Source of the DNA: Gemmatimonadota bacterium
GTDB lineage: Bacteria; Gemmatimonadota; Gemmatimonadetes; Gemmatimonadales; GWC2-71-9
Assembly: GCA_039589395.1 (NCBI GenBank)
Contig: JBDHHK010000071.1
Coordinates: 1 to 12,275, forward strand
Reading direction: 5' to 3'
DNA: 12,275 nt
Shown here: one piece after another, positions 1-7,882 of the stretch
Numbering within the stretch: the first letter of the stretch is position 1
How the letters are laid out: each line of letters starts with the position of its first letter
Translations under genes and position numbers: made by a program
Notes under the pieces: generated by a model
What the model was told of the DNA's origin: nothing
The model's database searches: none
What the model saw: the letters and a program-made list of their open reading frames with translations, nothing else

Positions 1-173
1 GGCGTCGCCTAAGCCCGTGGAGGCCATTTGAATCGAAGCGCGCAGGCGAACACTGGGCCAACTGGCGATATTTCCGGATCTCAACTGCAAAGGTACTGGC
101 GCCAGCCTGGACCGCTTATTAATGTCTGCGCCCGGCCGAACGAGAACCGACTACTGAGACGAGGGTCACACAG

Positions 174-1355
174 ATGGCGATTGCCAAGAAAATCGACGGC
201 TTCATGGAAAAGGCATCCTGGATACGTAAGATGTTCGAGGAGGGGATAGCGCTGAAGCAAGAGTTTGGCGCGGAAAACGTCTTCGACTTCAGTCTTGGCA
301 ACCCGAACCTGGACCCGCCCGAGGAGTTCTTCGAGGCTCTGCAGAAAGTCATCGATGAGCGACGCCCCGGTGCCCATGCATACATGTCGAACGCGGGATA
401 TCCGGAAACGCGGTCCGCGGTGGCGCAGTTTGTATCTACCGAACAAGGTGTGGAGCTCCCGGCTGACAACGTCATCATGACATGCGGTGCCGGAGGGGGG
501 CTGAACGTAGTTTTTAGGACGCTGCTCGATCCTGGTGATGAAGTGCTGGTACCGTCTCCGTTTTTCGTCGAATACCGGTTTTATGTCGACAATCACAATG
601 GAGTATGCAAGCTCGTCGAGAGCAATGAAGACTTTTCCCTGAGCCTCGGTGCCGTCGAAGCAGCGATAACTGAGAAGACGAAGATCGTGCTCGTGAACTC
701 GCCCAACAATCCTACGGGCAAGGTTTACGATGCTCAGACGATCGCTGGCCTTGGTGACCTGCTCACGAAGAAGTCTCGGGAGCTTGGCAGGACGATATAT
801 CTGATGTCCGACGAGCCGTACCGTAAGATCGTCTTCGATGGGGTGTTGCTGCCGAGCATACTTGAGTCTTACGAAAACAGTATCGTGGTGACCTCTTATT
901 CTAAGGACCTTTCTCTTCCCGGCGAGCGGTTGGGCTTTATTGCCGTGAACCCCGCTATCGAGTCTTTGGACACCACTATGAATGGGCTCGTGTTCTCGAA
1001 CCGCACTCTTGGCTTCGTGAACGCGCCGGCACTCATGCAGCGGGTGGCAGCGCAGCTGCAAGGGGCATCCGTGGACGCAAGCATTTACCAACACAAACGC
1101 GACTTGCTCTGCGGCATGCTATCCGAGCTGGGGTATGAGTTCGTACTGCCTGGCGGTGCTTTCTACCTGTTCCCGAAGTCACCAATCGATGACGTAGAGT
1201 TTGTGAAGGACCTTCAGGCCGAGCGGATACTCGTGGTTCCGGGTAGCGGATTTGGGAGAGCGGGGCACTTCAGGATTTCATACTGCGTGGCCGACAGCAC
1301 GATCGAGAAATCGCGGGATGGGTTTGCGAAGGTGGTGGATCGACACTTCCGCTGA
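174..1355 (+). CDS. Class I/II pyridoxal-phosphate-dependent aminotransferase (AlaA/AspC-like)
   Basis: 393-aa ORF. N-terminal FDFSLGNPNLDPP segment, NSPNNPTG motif and SYSKDLSLPGERLG (PLP-lysine SxSK...GxR context) are typical of fold-type I aminotransferases. GAGGG lies 9-12 nt upstream of the ATG. Antisense ORFs 81..1094 and 119..478 are spurious. Confidence 0.85.
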   Translation: MAIAKKIDGFMEKASWIRKMFEEGIALKQEFGAENVFDFSLGNPNLDPPEEFFEALQKVIDERRPGAHAYMSNAGYPETRSAVAQFVSTEQGVELPADNVIMTCGAGGGLNVVFRTLLDPGDEVLVPSPFFVEYRFYVDNHNGVCKLVESNEDFSLSLGAVEAAITEKTKIVLVNSPNNPTGKVYDAQTIAGLGDLLTKKSRELGRTIYLMSDEPYRKIVFDGVLLPSILESYENSIVVTSYSKDLSLPGERLGFIAVNPAIESLDTTMNGLVFSNRTLGFVNAPALMQRVAAQLQGASVDASIYQHKRDLLCGMLSELGYEFVLPGGAFYLFPKSPIDDVEFVKDLQAERILVVPGSGFGRAGHFRISYCVADSTIEKSRDGFAKVVDRHFR

Positions 1356-1438
1356 TCTGTTGCCGCGGAAGAACGCTGATCGTTGTTGGGGGATGGGTGG
1401 GGAAACCTAATTCTCGCTGTTGCCCGCGTCCCTCTGCG

Positions 1439-2380
1439 TCATTCCGCGGCTATTTCATTGTTCTTTGAGCGAGTCGAGGTGTCCACCAGTGCGCGAAAGG
1501 CCTTGATGTGAGCCGGCGTCGTACCGCAGCATCCTCCAACGATAGACACCCCGATATCCAACAGCTCTTGCACACGCTCCGCCATGAACTCGGGAGTCTC
1601 TCGGTAGACGACCCTACCGTTCTCGGTCTCGGGAAGACCTGCGTTGGACTGGATGATCAGTGGCTGATCTGTGGCGTCCCGAAACGCGCGGGCTATCTCC
1701 ACCATCTTCTCCACGCCATTGCCGCAGTTCGATCCGATCACGTCGGCTCCAGCCTCCATTAGTCCAGACACAGCGGCCGGAATATCGACGCCCATGATTG
1801 TGTAGAAACCTCGCGGTGTTTTTTCGAATGTCATAGTTGCCAAGACCGGGAGACTCGATGAAACGTCCTTCGCAGCTCTGATAGCCAATTTGGCCTCATG
1901 GATGTCGAACATTGTTTGGACGATTAAACAGTCGACGCCAGCCTGAATGAGAATATCCAACTGACGCAGGTAGCTTTCATACACCTGTGTTTTGCTTGCG
2001 TCACCGTACGGTTCCAGAATCTTGCCTGAAGGTCCTATAGAGCCGCCAATGTAAGCCCGATCTCCAACAACATTCCTGACAGCCAGCACAGCTTTGCGAT
2101 TGATATCTTCTGTCAGGTGATCGAGATCGTATTGAGAGAGCTTGAGCGGAGATGCACCGAACGTACACGCCTCGACGATCTCTGCTCCGGCGCTGCAATA
2201 TTCCCTCGCGAGATCCTCCAGCAGCTCCACGCGCGACAAAACGACTGCCTCGGGACAGCTTCCCTGCTCGAGTCCCCTTTCCAGCAGTATCGTTCCGATA
2301 GCGCCATCGCACACGATCGTCTCGCCGGCGGCAATCCGATCCAGTAGATCCGACTGTTCCTTCAAATGCCTATCCCGCAA
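1439..2380 (-). CDS. Homocysteine S-methyltransferase domain protein (MetH N-terminal Hcy-binding module / MmuM-like), zinc-dependent
   Basis: 313 aa. DGAIGT near the N-terminus, GSNCG and GGCCGTTPAHI zinc/Hcy-ligand motifs are characteristic of the PF02574 S-methyltransferase domain. It overlaps the upstream gene by 11 nt (2370..2380), suggesting translational coupling. Confidence 0.85.
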   Translation of the reverse strand: MRDRHLKEQSDLLDRIAAGETIVCDGAIGTILLERGLEQGSCPEAVVLSRVELLEDLAREYCSAGAEIVEACTFGASPLKLSQYDLDHLTEDINRKAVLAVRNVVGDRAYIGGSIGPSGKILEPYGDASKTQVYESYLRQLDILIQAGVDCLIVQTMFDIHEAKLAIRAAKDVSSSLPVLATMTFEKTPRGFYTIMGVDIPAAVSGLMEAGADVIGSNCGNGVEKMVEIARAFRDATDQPLIIQSNAGLPETENGRVVYRETPEFMAERVQELLDIGVSIVGGCCGTTPAHIKAFRALVDTSTRSKNNEIAAE

Positions 2381-3083
2381 ACAAGGCGCGTATGCGCTCT
2401 CGGCAGCTTTGGGTTTCGCAGGTGGCGCAGGAAGGAAAATATGGTTGGAATTCGTGCATATCTCGCGGTCCCGCCAACACTACACCCGACACCGATTTTA
2501 ATGGTTCCATCAAGTAGGAGGATCGGAGCGTCAAACCGATTTGTTCAGGTTCGAGGTATTCGAACAACTTCTTTTGACCACTGATGTGCCAGCCGCAATA
2601 CCCAGGGCTGTATCGCAGAGCCGCCCCCGAACTGTCGTTCCACCCATCCGCAGCAAGGGATTCGGAGAATTGCCGTTCAACATATGCTGCTGCTCTGTCC
2701 GCAGTAGTCGACGCAGCCGCGTCGAGCATGCATCCTAGCGCGTAGTCGCCAGACTGAAACAGCCCGTCTATTGCGTTGCTCGTGGCCTTGCCGATCGTAA
2801 CCGCGAACAGCAACAGGTGCTCTGCCTGTTCCAAGACTTCGCCTACAGGCGTTTCCTCCTCGTTGTTGCCCTCTCCGGCAAAAACCATCTCAAACTTCTG
2901 TTTTGAAATAGGTGCCGTAACTGCCGCGGTGACTGCTGTTTGATCGAGGAGCCGCAGGGCACGAAAACAGATATCCTCTATGTCCGGCCGCACAGGAATA
3001 CCCTGAGGAACGCCTTGCTGCTCGAGCACATCCTCTCGGCTGGGCATCAATTCCGAAGTTGGAATCCTTACGATCTGGCTCAT
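2370..3083 (-). CDS. Methionine synthase AdoMet-binding reactivation (activation) domain-like protein, stand-alone
   Basis: 237 aa. RYSPGYCGW and SYLMEPLKSVSGVVLAGP resemble the conserved PGY and FAMWPGASVSGWYF segments of the E. coli MetH C-terminal activation domain (Met_synt_B12 family). There is an AGG 5 nt upstream of the ATG. An extra CxxCxxxxC motif sits at the C-terminus. The family assignment is from memory of motifs, not a search. Confidence 0.6.
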   Translation of the reverse strand: MSQIVRIPTSELMPSREDVLEQQGVPQGIPVRPDIEDICFRALRLLDQTAVTAAVTAPISKQKFEMVFAGEGNNEEETPVGEVLEQAEHLLLFAVTIGKATSNAIDGLFQSGDYALGCMLDAAASTTADRAAAYVERQFSESLAADGWNDSSGAALRYSPGYCGWHISGQKKLFEYLEPEQIGLTLRSSYLMEPLKSVSGVVLAGPRDMHEFQPYFPSCATCETQSCRERIRALFAG

Positions 3084-3123
3084 TAACCTGTGCGTGGTAG
3101 AGTCTCCCCGCTCGCCAGAAACT

Positions 3124-3145
3124 CCACTGCTGGTTGCTGCGGTGG
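3124..3145 (-). other. 7-bp stem hairpin (CCACTGC-N8-GCGGTGG) in the 5' leader of the met-like operon
   Basis: Inverted repeat with one G.U pair, about 40 nt upstream of the start at 3083. Function unknown. It is not sufficient to call a riboswitch. Confidence 0.3.
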
Positions 3146-3320
3146 CATCTTGGACTCACCAGTTAGAAGTTTGTGTCTGTCCTCATGTAGTGGAACAGGA
3201 AGGTACCGCAGCTTCGTAACTGACGCCACGGTTTTCCAATCCGGGACTCGCGCTTATGCGTCTAGTGTGTTTTCTTATATGACTCTTGACAGCGAGGACG
3301 TTGTAACACGGTAGAGGCCC

Positions 3321-3422
3321 ATGGGATATCCGAAGAAACATAGAGGTAGAAGGAAGATTGGAAGCAAACGCCGCCGCATGCGTCGGAAGCGTCGGAAGGG
3401 CCTCCGTCTGCGTAAGAAATAG
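3321..3422 (+). CDS. 33-aa extremely basic peptide MGYPKKHRGRRKIGSKRRRMRRKRRKGLRLRKK; possible bS22-type small ribosomal protein
   Basis: ATG at 3321 is preceded by GAGG (3314-3317) and the frame ends at TAG 3420-3422. It is below the 60-aa ORF-track cutoff. 22 of 33 residues are Arg/Lys. Length, the MG start and the composition resemble bS22 of mycobacteria and Bacteroidetes. Caveat: the first half uses AGA/AGG codons that are unusual in high-GC genes. Confidence 0.4.
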   Translation: MGYPKKHRGRRKIGSKRRRMRRKRRKGLRLRKK

Positions 3423-3428
3423 CGATAT

Positions 3429-3491
3429 GTGAGTAGTAAGTCGTGAGTAGTGAGTGGGGGTCGTGGGGCCTACTCACAACTCACCACTCAC
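3429..3491. repeat. Imperfect inverted repeat built from GTGAGTAG/GTGAGTGG heptad-like units (about 22-bp arms, 19/23 complementary, G-rich 19-nt centre)
   Basis: Left arm 3429..3450 (gtgagtagtaagtcgtgagtag) pairs with right arm 3470..3491 (ctactcacaactcaccactcac). It lies between the convergent 3' ends of the small ORF and the PD40 lipoprotein gene. No T-tract follows on either strand. Confidence 0.5.
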
Positions 3492-3549
3492 GATACAAGG
3501 CCGCTCTACCGCCTGCCGTCCGACCAGACCTCTCCAACGTCAACCGAGT

Positions 3550-4476
3550 TTACTGTACGGCCTCCCTCATTTCTTCTATGAAGCCGGCACTCATCCAATA
3601 CACCTGACCGGCTACGCTGTAGAAGAAGTAGAGTCCATCAGGCGAAACCACGGGGCAGTAGTCGAACTGATCGGTGTTGATCGTATCGCCCAAGTTCAAA
3701 GCCTCGGACCACGAATCATCTTCCAGTAGATAACTGATATAGAGATCGCCGCTGCCAAAGCTGTCGGGTCTGTCCCGAGATACGAATATGAGGTAACTCC
3801 CGTCGGGCGCGACGAACACGTCTCCTTCATCGTACTCTGAACTGATGGGCGGGCCCACGTTCTCGGCAATGGCGTACTCTCCATCCACGAGACGTGACAC
3901 GAAGATGTCGGATCCGCCGAGCGTTCCTTCCCGTTCCGATTGGAAGTAGAGAGATCCGTCGGCGGCCACCGATGGATAGATCTGACGAGCACCGGAGTTG
4001 ACGGTCTCCGGCAGCCACTGCGGCTCGCCCCACCCATCCCCTTCTCGATCTGTCACCCAGATCTGCCAGTTGGGTGCCGGTGTATCCGTTCCGGGAATCG
4101 GGCGCCTCGATCCGAAAAAGAGACTGTTGCCATCGGGGGACACGAAGGGATCGACTTCTCCATAGGAACTCGAGAACGACGCCGGCTCTGGCTTTGTCCA
4201 GCGCCCCGCTGAAAGGCGCATCTCTACGACGACTACGCTGTCACCCTCACCAGAGATCGAGAAGTAGAGTGCGTTTCCATCCGGCGTGAAAATCGAATTC
4301 AACTCCTGCTTCTCGGTGGACACGATGCCCGGCGCGAACACCACCGGGGTGTCACCCGGCGGTTCGCGACCGAGATATGGTCCCTCGAGAACTGGAAACT
4401 CGTCGGCGGGTAGACAGCCGCTCACCGCAACCATTATCGCGCCTCCAACGACCCACTGTATGCATCTACTCCTCAT
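3550..4476 (-). CDS. Lipoprotein with TolB-like WD40-like (PD40) beta-propeller repeats
   Basis: 308 aa. The N-terminus MRSRCIQWVVGGAIMVAVSGC has a lipobox (VSGC). There are five or more PD40-type repeats (FTPDGNALYFS, VSPDGNSLFFGS, VAADGSLYFQS, VAPDGSYLIFVS, VSPDGLYFFYS). A strong SD AAGGGAGG lies 6 nt upstream of the ATG at 4476. Confidence 0.8.
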   Translation of the reverse strand: MRSRCIQWVVGGAIMVAVSGCLPADEFPVLEGPYLGREPPGDTPVVFAPGIVSTEKQELNSIFTPDGNALYFSISGEGDSVVVVEMRLSAGRWTKPEPASFSSSYGEVDPFVSPDGNSLFFGSRRPIPGTDTPAPNWQIWVTDREGDGWGEPQWLPETVNSGARQIYPSVAADGSLYFQSEREGTLGGSDIFVSRLVDGEYAIAENVGPPISSEYDEGDVFVAPDGSYLIFVSRDRPDSFGSGDLYISYLLEDDSWSEALNLGDTINTDQFDYCPVVSPDGLYFFYSVAGQVYWMSAGFIEEMREAVQ

Positions 4477-4510
4477 GGAGACCTCCCTTGCGTTCCAATC
4501 ATAGATTCAT

Positions 4511-4581
4511 CGTCCGCCCGTCCGCCCGTCCGCCCGTCCGCCCGTCCGCCCGTCCGCCCGTCCGCCCGTCCGCCCGTCCGC
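4511..4581. repeat. Tandem octanucleotide repeat (CGTCCGCC) x8 perfect copies plus a 7/8 partial copy, followed by TCCCGCT x2
   Basis: Read directly at 4511..4574 (8 perfect units) plus 4575..4581. It sits in the 143-bp intergenic space, 35 to 105 bp upstream of the PD40 lipoprotein start codon and about 40 bp downstream of the esterase stop. The coding-strand (minus) reading is (GGCGGACG)n, giving GGG tracts every 8 nt. Confidence 0.95.
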
Positions 4582-4619
4582 TCCCGCTTCTCCCGCTCAT
4601 GCAGCCCCTGTCGTCGTTC

Positions 4620-6395
4620 CTAGTACCTCCAGCTGGTGAGATCTGCACCTTGCGGAGCGGCTGCCTCTATCCGAGCCAATATCTTCGGCACATACATCGT
4701 GTTGTACCTGAGCCGAGAGATATGGTTGGGATTGTTTTGATCACCGTTCCAGCAGTGTTCTGCCCTGTCGCCGTAGTCTACCTCGCCACCATAGTACGGA
4801 TTGGTTGTGCTCTCGAGGAAATCTTCAGTCAGGTAGACGGCGTTGTTCAAGTAGTAGTTGTCCATGTCGCCGCAGTAGATGTGAACCTTGCCTTCGAGCT
4901 TGGGGCCGAGGGTCCTCCAGTCGCGCTCCATGATGTAGCGCAGGTCATAGTTTTCTCGCCAGAAGTCTGCTACCTCGTGATCGATGTCACCTGTGCGCTT
5001 ATCGAAAATCGGCTTGGGATATCCGTCTTCTCCCGTCGGTGAGTAGGTAGCCTGCCATATGTCCCACTGCTGTCCGGACCGGCCGTGAGTTGCGAGCGCC
5101 AGCTCCAGTAGGTTGTCATCTTTCACGGTTCGATCGATGGTGCCCAGCCAGTCGCGGTGGGCGGGGCGTTCCGTGAGTTTGAACTGGCCGTCGTAGTAGT
5201 AGGCGTTATCGTCGTCGTAGATGTTGATCTGCGTGTAGGCGCGGAAGTCGATTGGGTCGGGGCAGGCCGCAAACGTTCCGTTGAAGTCGTCCGGGTACAT
5301 CACCTGCACGGCCAGCGCTTCCCAGCCGCCAGTCGATCCACCATAGGTGAAACGAGCCCAGCCCTCACCTATGCCTCGGAACTGCTCCTCGATGTACGGG
5401 ACCAGCTCGTGCATTATCGCGTCGCCCCAGGGGCCTTGGCTTTCTGAGTTCACGGCGTATGAGTCGTCGTAGTATGGAGTCGCATGCTGCACTTCGATGA
5501 TGAGCATCCGTGGGAAGTCAGGGCCGGTCCAGGTCTGGTAGAAGTCGTAGGCCTCCTGCTGCTGGATACGGTTATAGCCGGTGACATCGAACCGCGCGCT
5601 GTAGTCGGGTTCCAGATTTGGATCGGGTGGCTCGGTGCGAAATCCACCGAAGTCGTACGGGAAATGTCCGTGAAATATGACTAGGGGATAACGGGCCTCA
5701 GGGTGCTCATCGAAACCCTCTGGCAGTAACACATGTGCACCTAAGTGCATCGGCCGTCCCCAGAACTCGCTGAGCAGTTCACTCTGAATCGTGACGTGTT
5801 TGATGTATTCGGTGTCCTCTGGGGGCTCGATGGGCGGAATCTCCTGGTCCATCACGACGGAAATTCTCTCCGTTGACGCAGGGTCTACCATCACGCGCTG
5901 CGGAGTCGAGTAGATGTTGCCCGGGGAGCGATTCCATTGCTGGCCCTCACCCTGATCCATCGGGAGTTTGACAATCTTTCCGTTCGCTAAATTGAAGGTT
6001 TCGTACTTGTGAAGCAGCGCCTGCACGTAGTACTGGCCGGGTGGAATTATGGCAACGCTTTCGAGAGGAAAACCGAATACTCCGGCGTCGATCACCGCTT
6101 CGGTCCCGGGAGCGAGGCCATTCACGTCAATGCCGTACACCAGGGGTGCTGAAGGGCCCGATGTGACCTGGAACCGCGGTTCGCTCCCATCTCGGGTTGT
6201 CAGGATGAGTATCACCCGTCCGTCGAGAGTTTCGGCGCCAACAGATTCATCGAACGAGATGCCGAACTCGAGCGGCGCGGAGTAATCGATCTCAGCAGGA
6301 ATGCGGGATATTGATGGCTCGCCACCGCTGCAGGACACGAAAGCAATCGCCAATAGGAAACAAGGGATAATCAAGCCTAGCCGTCTGGATTTCAT
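4620..6395 (-). CDS. Secreted lipoprotein, putative esterase family (alpha/beta-hydrolase, enterochelin-esterase/esterase-D-like) with N-terminal beta-sandwich domain
   Basis: The ORF-track frame 4620..6449 is used here, with the likely true start at the internal ATG 6393-6395 (MKSRRLGLIIPCFLLAIAFVSCSGG), which has AAGGA 8 nt upstream and a lipobox FVSC. The catalytic region has PLVIFHGH, FTYGGSTGGWEALAV (GxSxG nucleophile elbow) and FAACPD, typical of the PF00756 putative-esterase fold. Confidence 0.8.
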   Translation of the reverse strand: MKSRRLGLIIPCFLLAIAFVSCSGGEPSISRIPAEIDYSAPLEFGISFDESVGAETLDGRVILILTTRDGSEPRFQVTSGPSAPLVYGIDVNGLAPGTEAVIDAGVFGFPLESVAIIPPGQYYVQALLHKYETFNLANGKIVKLPMDQGEGQQWNRSPGNIYSTPQRVMVDPASTERISVVMDQEIPPIEPPEDTEYIKHVTIQSELLSEFWGRPMHLGAHVLLPEGFDEHPEARYPLVIFHGHFPYDFGGFRTEPPDPNLEPDYSARFDVTGYNRIQQQEAYDFYQTWTGPDFPRMLIIEVQHATPYYDDSYAVNSESQGPWGDAIMHELVPYIEEQFRGIGEGWARFTYGGSTGGWEALAVQVMYPDDFNGTFAACPDPIDFRAYTQINIYDDDNAYYYDGQFKLTERPAHRDWLGTIDRTVKDDNLLELALATHGRSGQQWDIWQATYSPTGEDGYPKPIFDKRTGDIDHEVADFWRENYDLRYIMERDWRTLGPKLEGKVHIYCGDMDNYYLNNAVYLTEDFLESTTNPYYGGEVDYGDRAEHCWNGDQNNPNHISRLRYNTMYVPKILARIEAAAPQGADLTSWRY

Positions 6396-6478
6396 CGTCG
6401 GATCCTTTGTGGGGTGTGGTCGGGCCGAAATTAGCTCAAGGGGAAGCATTCGGCCAGTCGAGAGACAATGCGGTGCAG

Positions 6479-7882
6479 CTAGAAGTGCCGCAGTGCTACA
6501 ACTGGGTCGACTTTTGCGGCACGCCGCGCCGGGTAGTAGCCGGCGATCAGGCTCACCAGCACCGCGAAGGCCATTCCGCCCAAGATCAACAATGGAGTGA
6601 ATGCGACGAGGTCGACGCTAACTTCACCTGCCCTCTCGAACTGGATGTTGGCGAAAACATTCGTGATTCGTGCGACCACATAGCCCAGTATCAGCCCGCC
6701 AATTCCGCCCAGGATCCCAATTACACTTGCTTCGGTGAGAAAGAGCCTCATAACGTCGCCGTCGGTGGCGCCCATTGATTTGAGCAGCCCGATTTCGCGA
6801 GTGCGTTCGAGAACTGCCATTACCAGCGTATTCACGATCATCATTGCCGCGACAAACAGGCTGACTCCACCGATCGTGCCGAGCAGACTGTTCATGAACA
6901 TGAACCCTCTGCGCACCTGATCGATCTCATCCAGAATAGAGCGGGCGGTGAATCCCATGGTTCTGATTGAGTTTTGAACAGGTCTCACCGCCATCACGTC
7001 GGCAGCCAGAACCTGCACCATCGAATATCCACCGCCTCCGACGCTGCCTGTAAGCATCGACTCGAGGTTTTGAAACGTCCGCGTATACAGAGGCTCCACC
7101 AGCTCGACGGGCACCCACAGGGAGAGTCCGACAAAATCGCTGAGGTTGCCTCCCCCCTTGACGACTCCCACGACCGTGAGGTCGAGTTGGATTGGCTCGA
7201 AGATACCCAGCGGCATGCTGCCGAGCAGCCCTGCAAACGGGAAATTCTGAGTTTCTGGTGGAAGTGCCCCCAATGGAGGCCTTGGGCGCTCGGACCGAGT
7301 CGTCTCGCCGGTCTCTTCCTGAAGACCTGGCGCCCGTGCCGCCAAAAACGACACCGTCGTGTCCACTAGGGTTTCGAGAGCCACGCTGTCTGCTACGAGC
7401 CTGCGGGCGGCCCGTTCGGAGAGCACGATAACGTCACGTTCGTCCTCGTTGTACGACCGGCCCGCGATCACCTCAACGGTGCCCAGTTGTATCTGCTCTC
7501 CCAGGATTCGTGCTGGCATTCCTTCGAGACTTTGAAAGATCTTCTCGTCGCCACTCTGCAACAGCCCCGCGATCAGAATTCGAGGGTAGGCGTCCCTAAC
7601 ACCGGGAAGAGAACGAAAGAGTCTCGTCATTGTGGTGTCGAGCGTGGGCAAAGAGTCGGCAGGAACCGAGTCTGAAGGATCTCCCGGGCTCACCATGACG
7701 GACGACAGAATGTTTCCCTCATTGAATGCTCTGAGTACAACTCGCTGGGTGCCGAGTCCTACCGACACCATACTGGTCATCGCGCCGATGCCGATCGAGA
7801 CTCCCGCTGCAGTGAGAATCGTGCGCAGAATGGTCTTGCGAAGGTTCCCGAACGCGTAGCGGAATTGATCGCGGAGGATCAT
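6479..7882 (-). CDS. ABC transporter permease, MacB/LolCE (FtsX) family with large periplasmic domain
   Basis: 467 aa. N-terminus [42 protein letters not shown] is the typical MacB-type TM1. The C-terminal FtsX module has three TM helices (LFVAAMMIVNTLVMAVLERTREIGLLKSMGAT...). Its start overlaps the upstream ATPase stop by 4 nt (ATGA). Confidence 0.9.
   Translation of the reverse strand: MILRDQFRYAFGNLRKTILRTILTAAGVSIGIGAMTSMVSVGLGTQRVVLRAFNEGNILSSVMVSPGDPSDSVPADSLPTLDTTMTRLFRSLPGVRDAYPRILIAGLLQSGDEKIFQSLEGMPARILGEQIQLGTVEVIAGRSYNEDERDVIVLSERAARRLVADSVALETLVDTTVSFLAARAPGLQEETGETTRSERPRPPLGALPPETQNFPFAGLLGSMPLGIFEPIQLDLTVVGVVKGGGNLSDFVGLSLWVPVELVEPLYTRTFQNLESMLTGSVGGGGYSMVQVLAADVMAVRPVQNSIRTMGFTARSILDEIDQVRRGFMFMNSLLGTIGGVSLFVAAMMIVNTLVMAVLERTREIGLLKSMGATDGDVMRLFLTEASVIGILGGIGGLILGYVVARITNVFANIQFERAGEVSVDLVAFTPLLILGGMAFAVLVSLIAGYYPARRAAKVDPVVALRHF

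Noticed and set aside
81-1094. 337-aa minus-strand ORF, plus smaller ORFs at 28..249, 119..478, 265..480 and 896..1084
   Set aside because: Entirely antisense or out-of-frame within the well-supported aminotransferase gene. No recognisable motifs. This is typical high-GC spurious ORF noise.
1356-1438. Looked for a bidirectional intrinsic terminator between convergent aminotransferase and Hcy-methyltransferase genes (a 9-bp inverted repeat GCCGCGGAA/TTCCGCGGC lies at about 1367 and 1442)
   Set aside because: The repeat arms are 66 nt apart, one arm lies inside coding sequence, and no T/U tract follows on either strand. This is not a convincing terminator.
3084-3320. Possible SAM or cobalamin riboswitch in the 237-bp divergent leader of the methionine-synthase-like operon (hairpin at 3124..3145; GCCACCG heptamer resembling the B12 box GCCACUG on the minus strand)
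   Set aside because: I could not recognise the conserved cores of SAM-I/II or of the cobalamin riboswitch beyond one near-match heptamer and a short hairpin. Running Infernal/Rfam (RF00162, RF00521, RF00174) on the minus strand of this interval would decide it.
4511-4581. Considered whether the regular repeat could be a CRISPR array
   Set aside because: The unit is only 8 bp with no spacers, i.e. a pure microsatellite. No cas genes are nearby.
4377-5042. 221-aa plus-strand ORF containing RPSARPPV x3 protein repeats
   Set aside because: The repeat is just the in-frame translation of the 8-bp DNA microsatellite. The ORF overlaps the starts and ends of two strongly supported minus-strand lipoprotein genes and has no SD.
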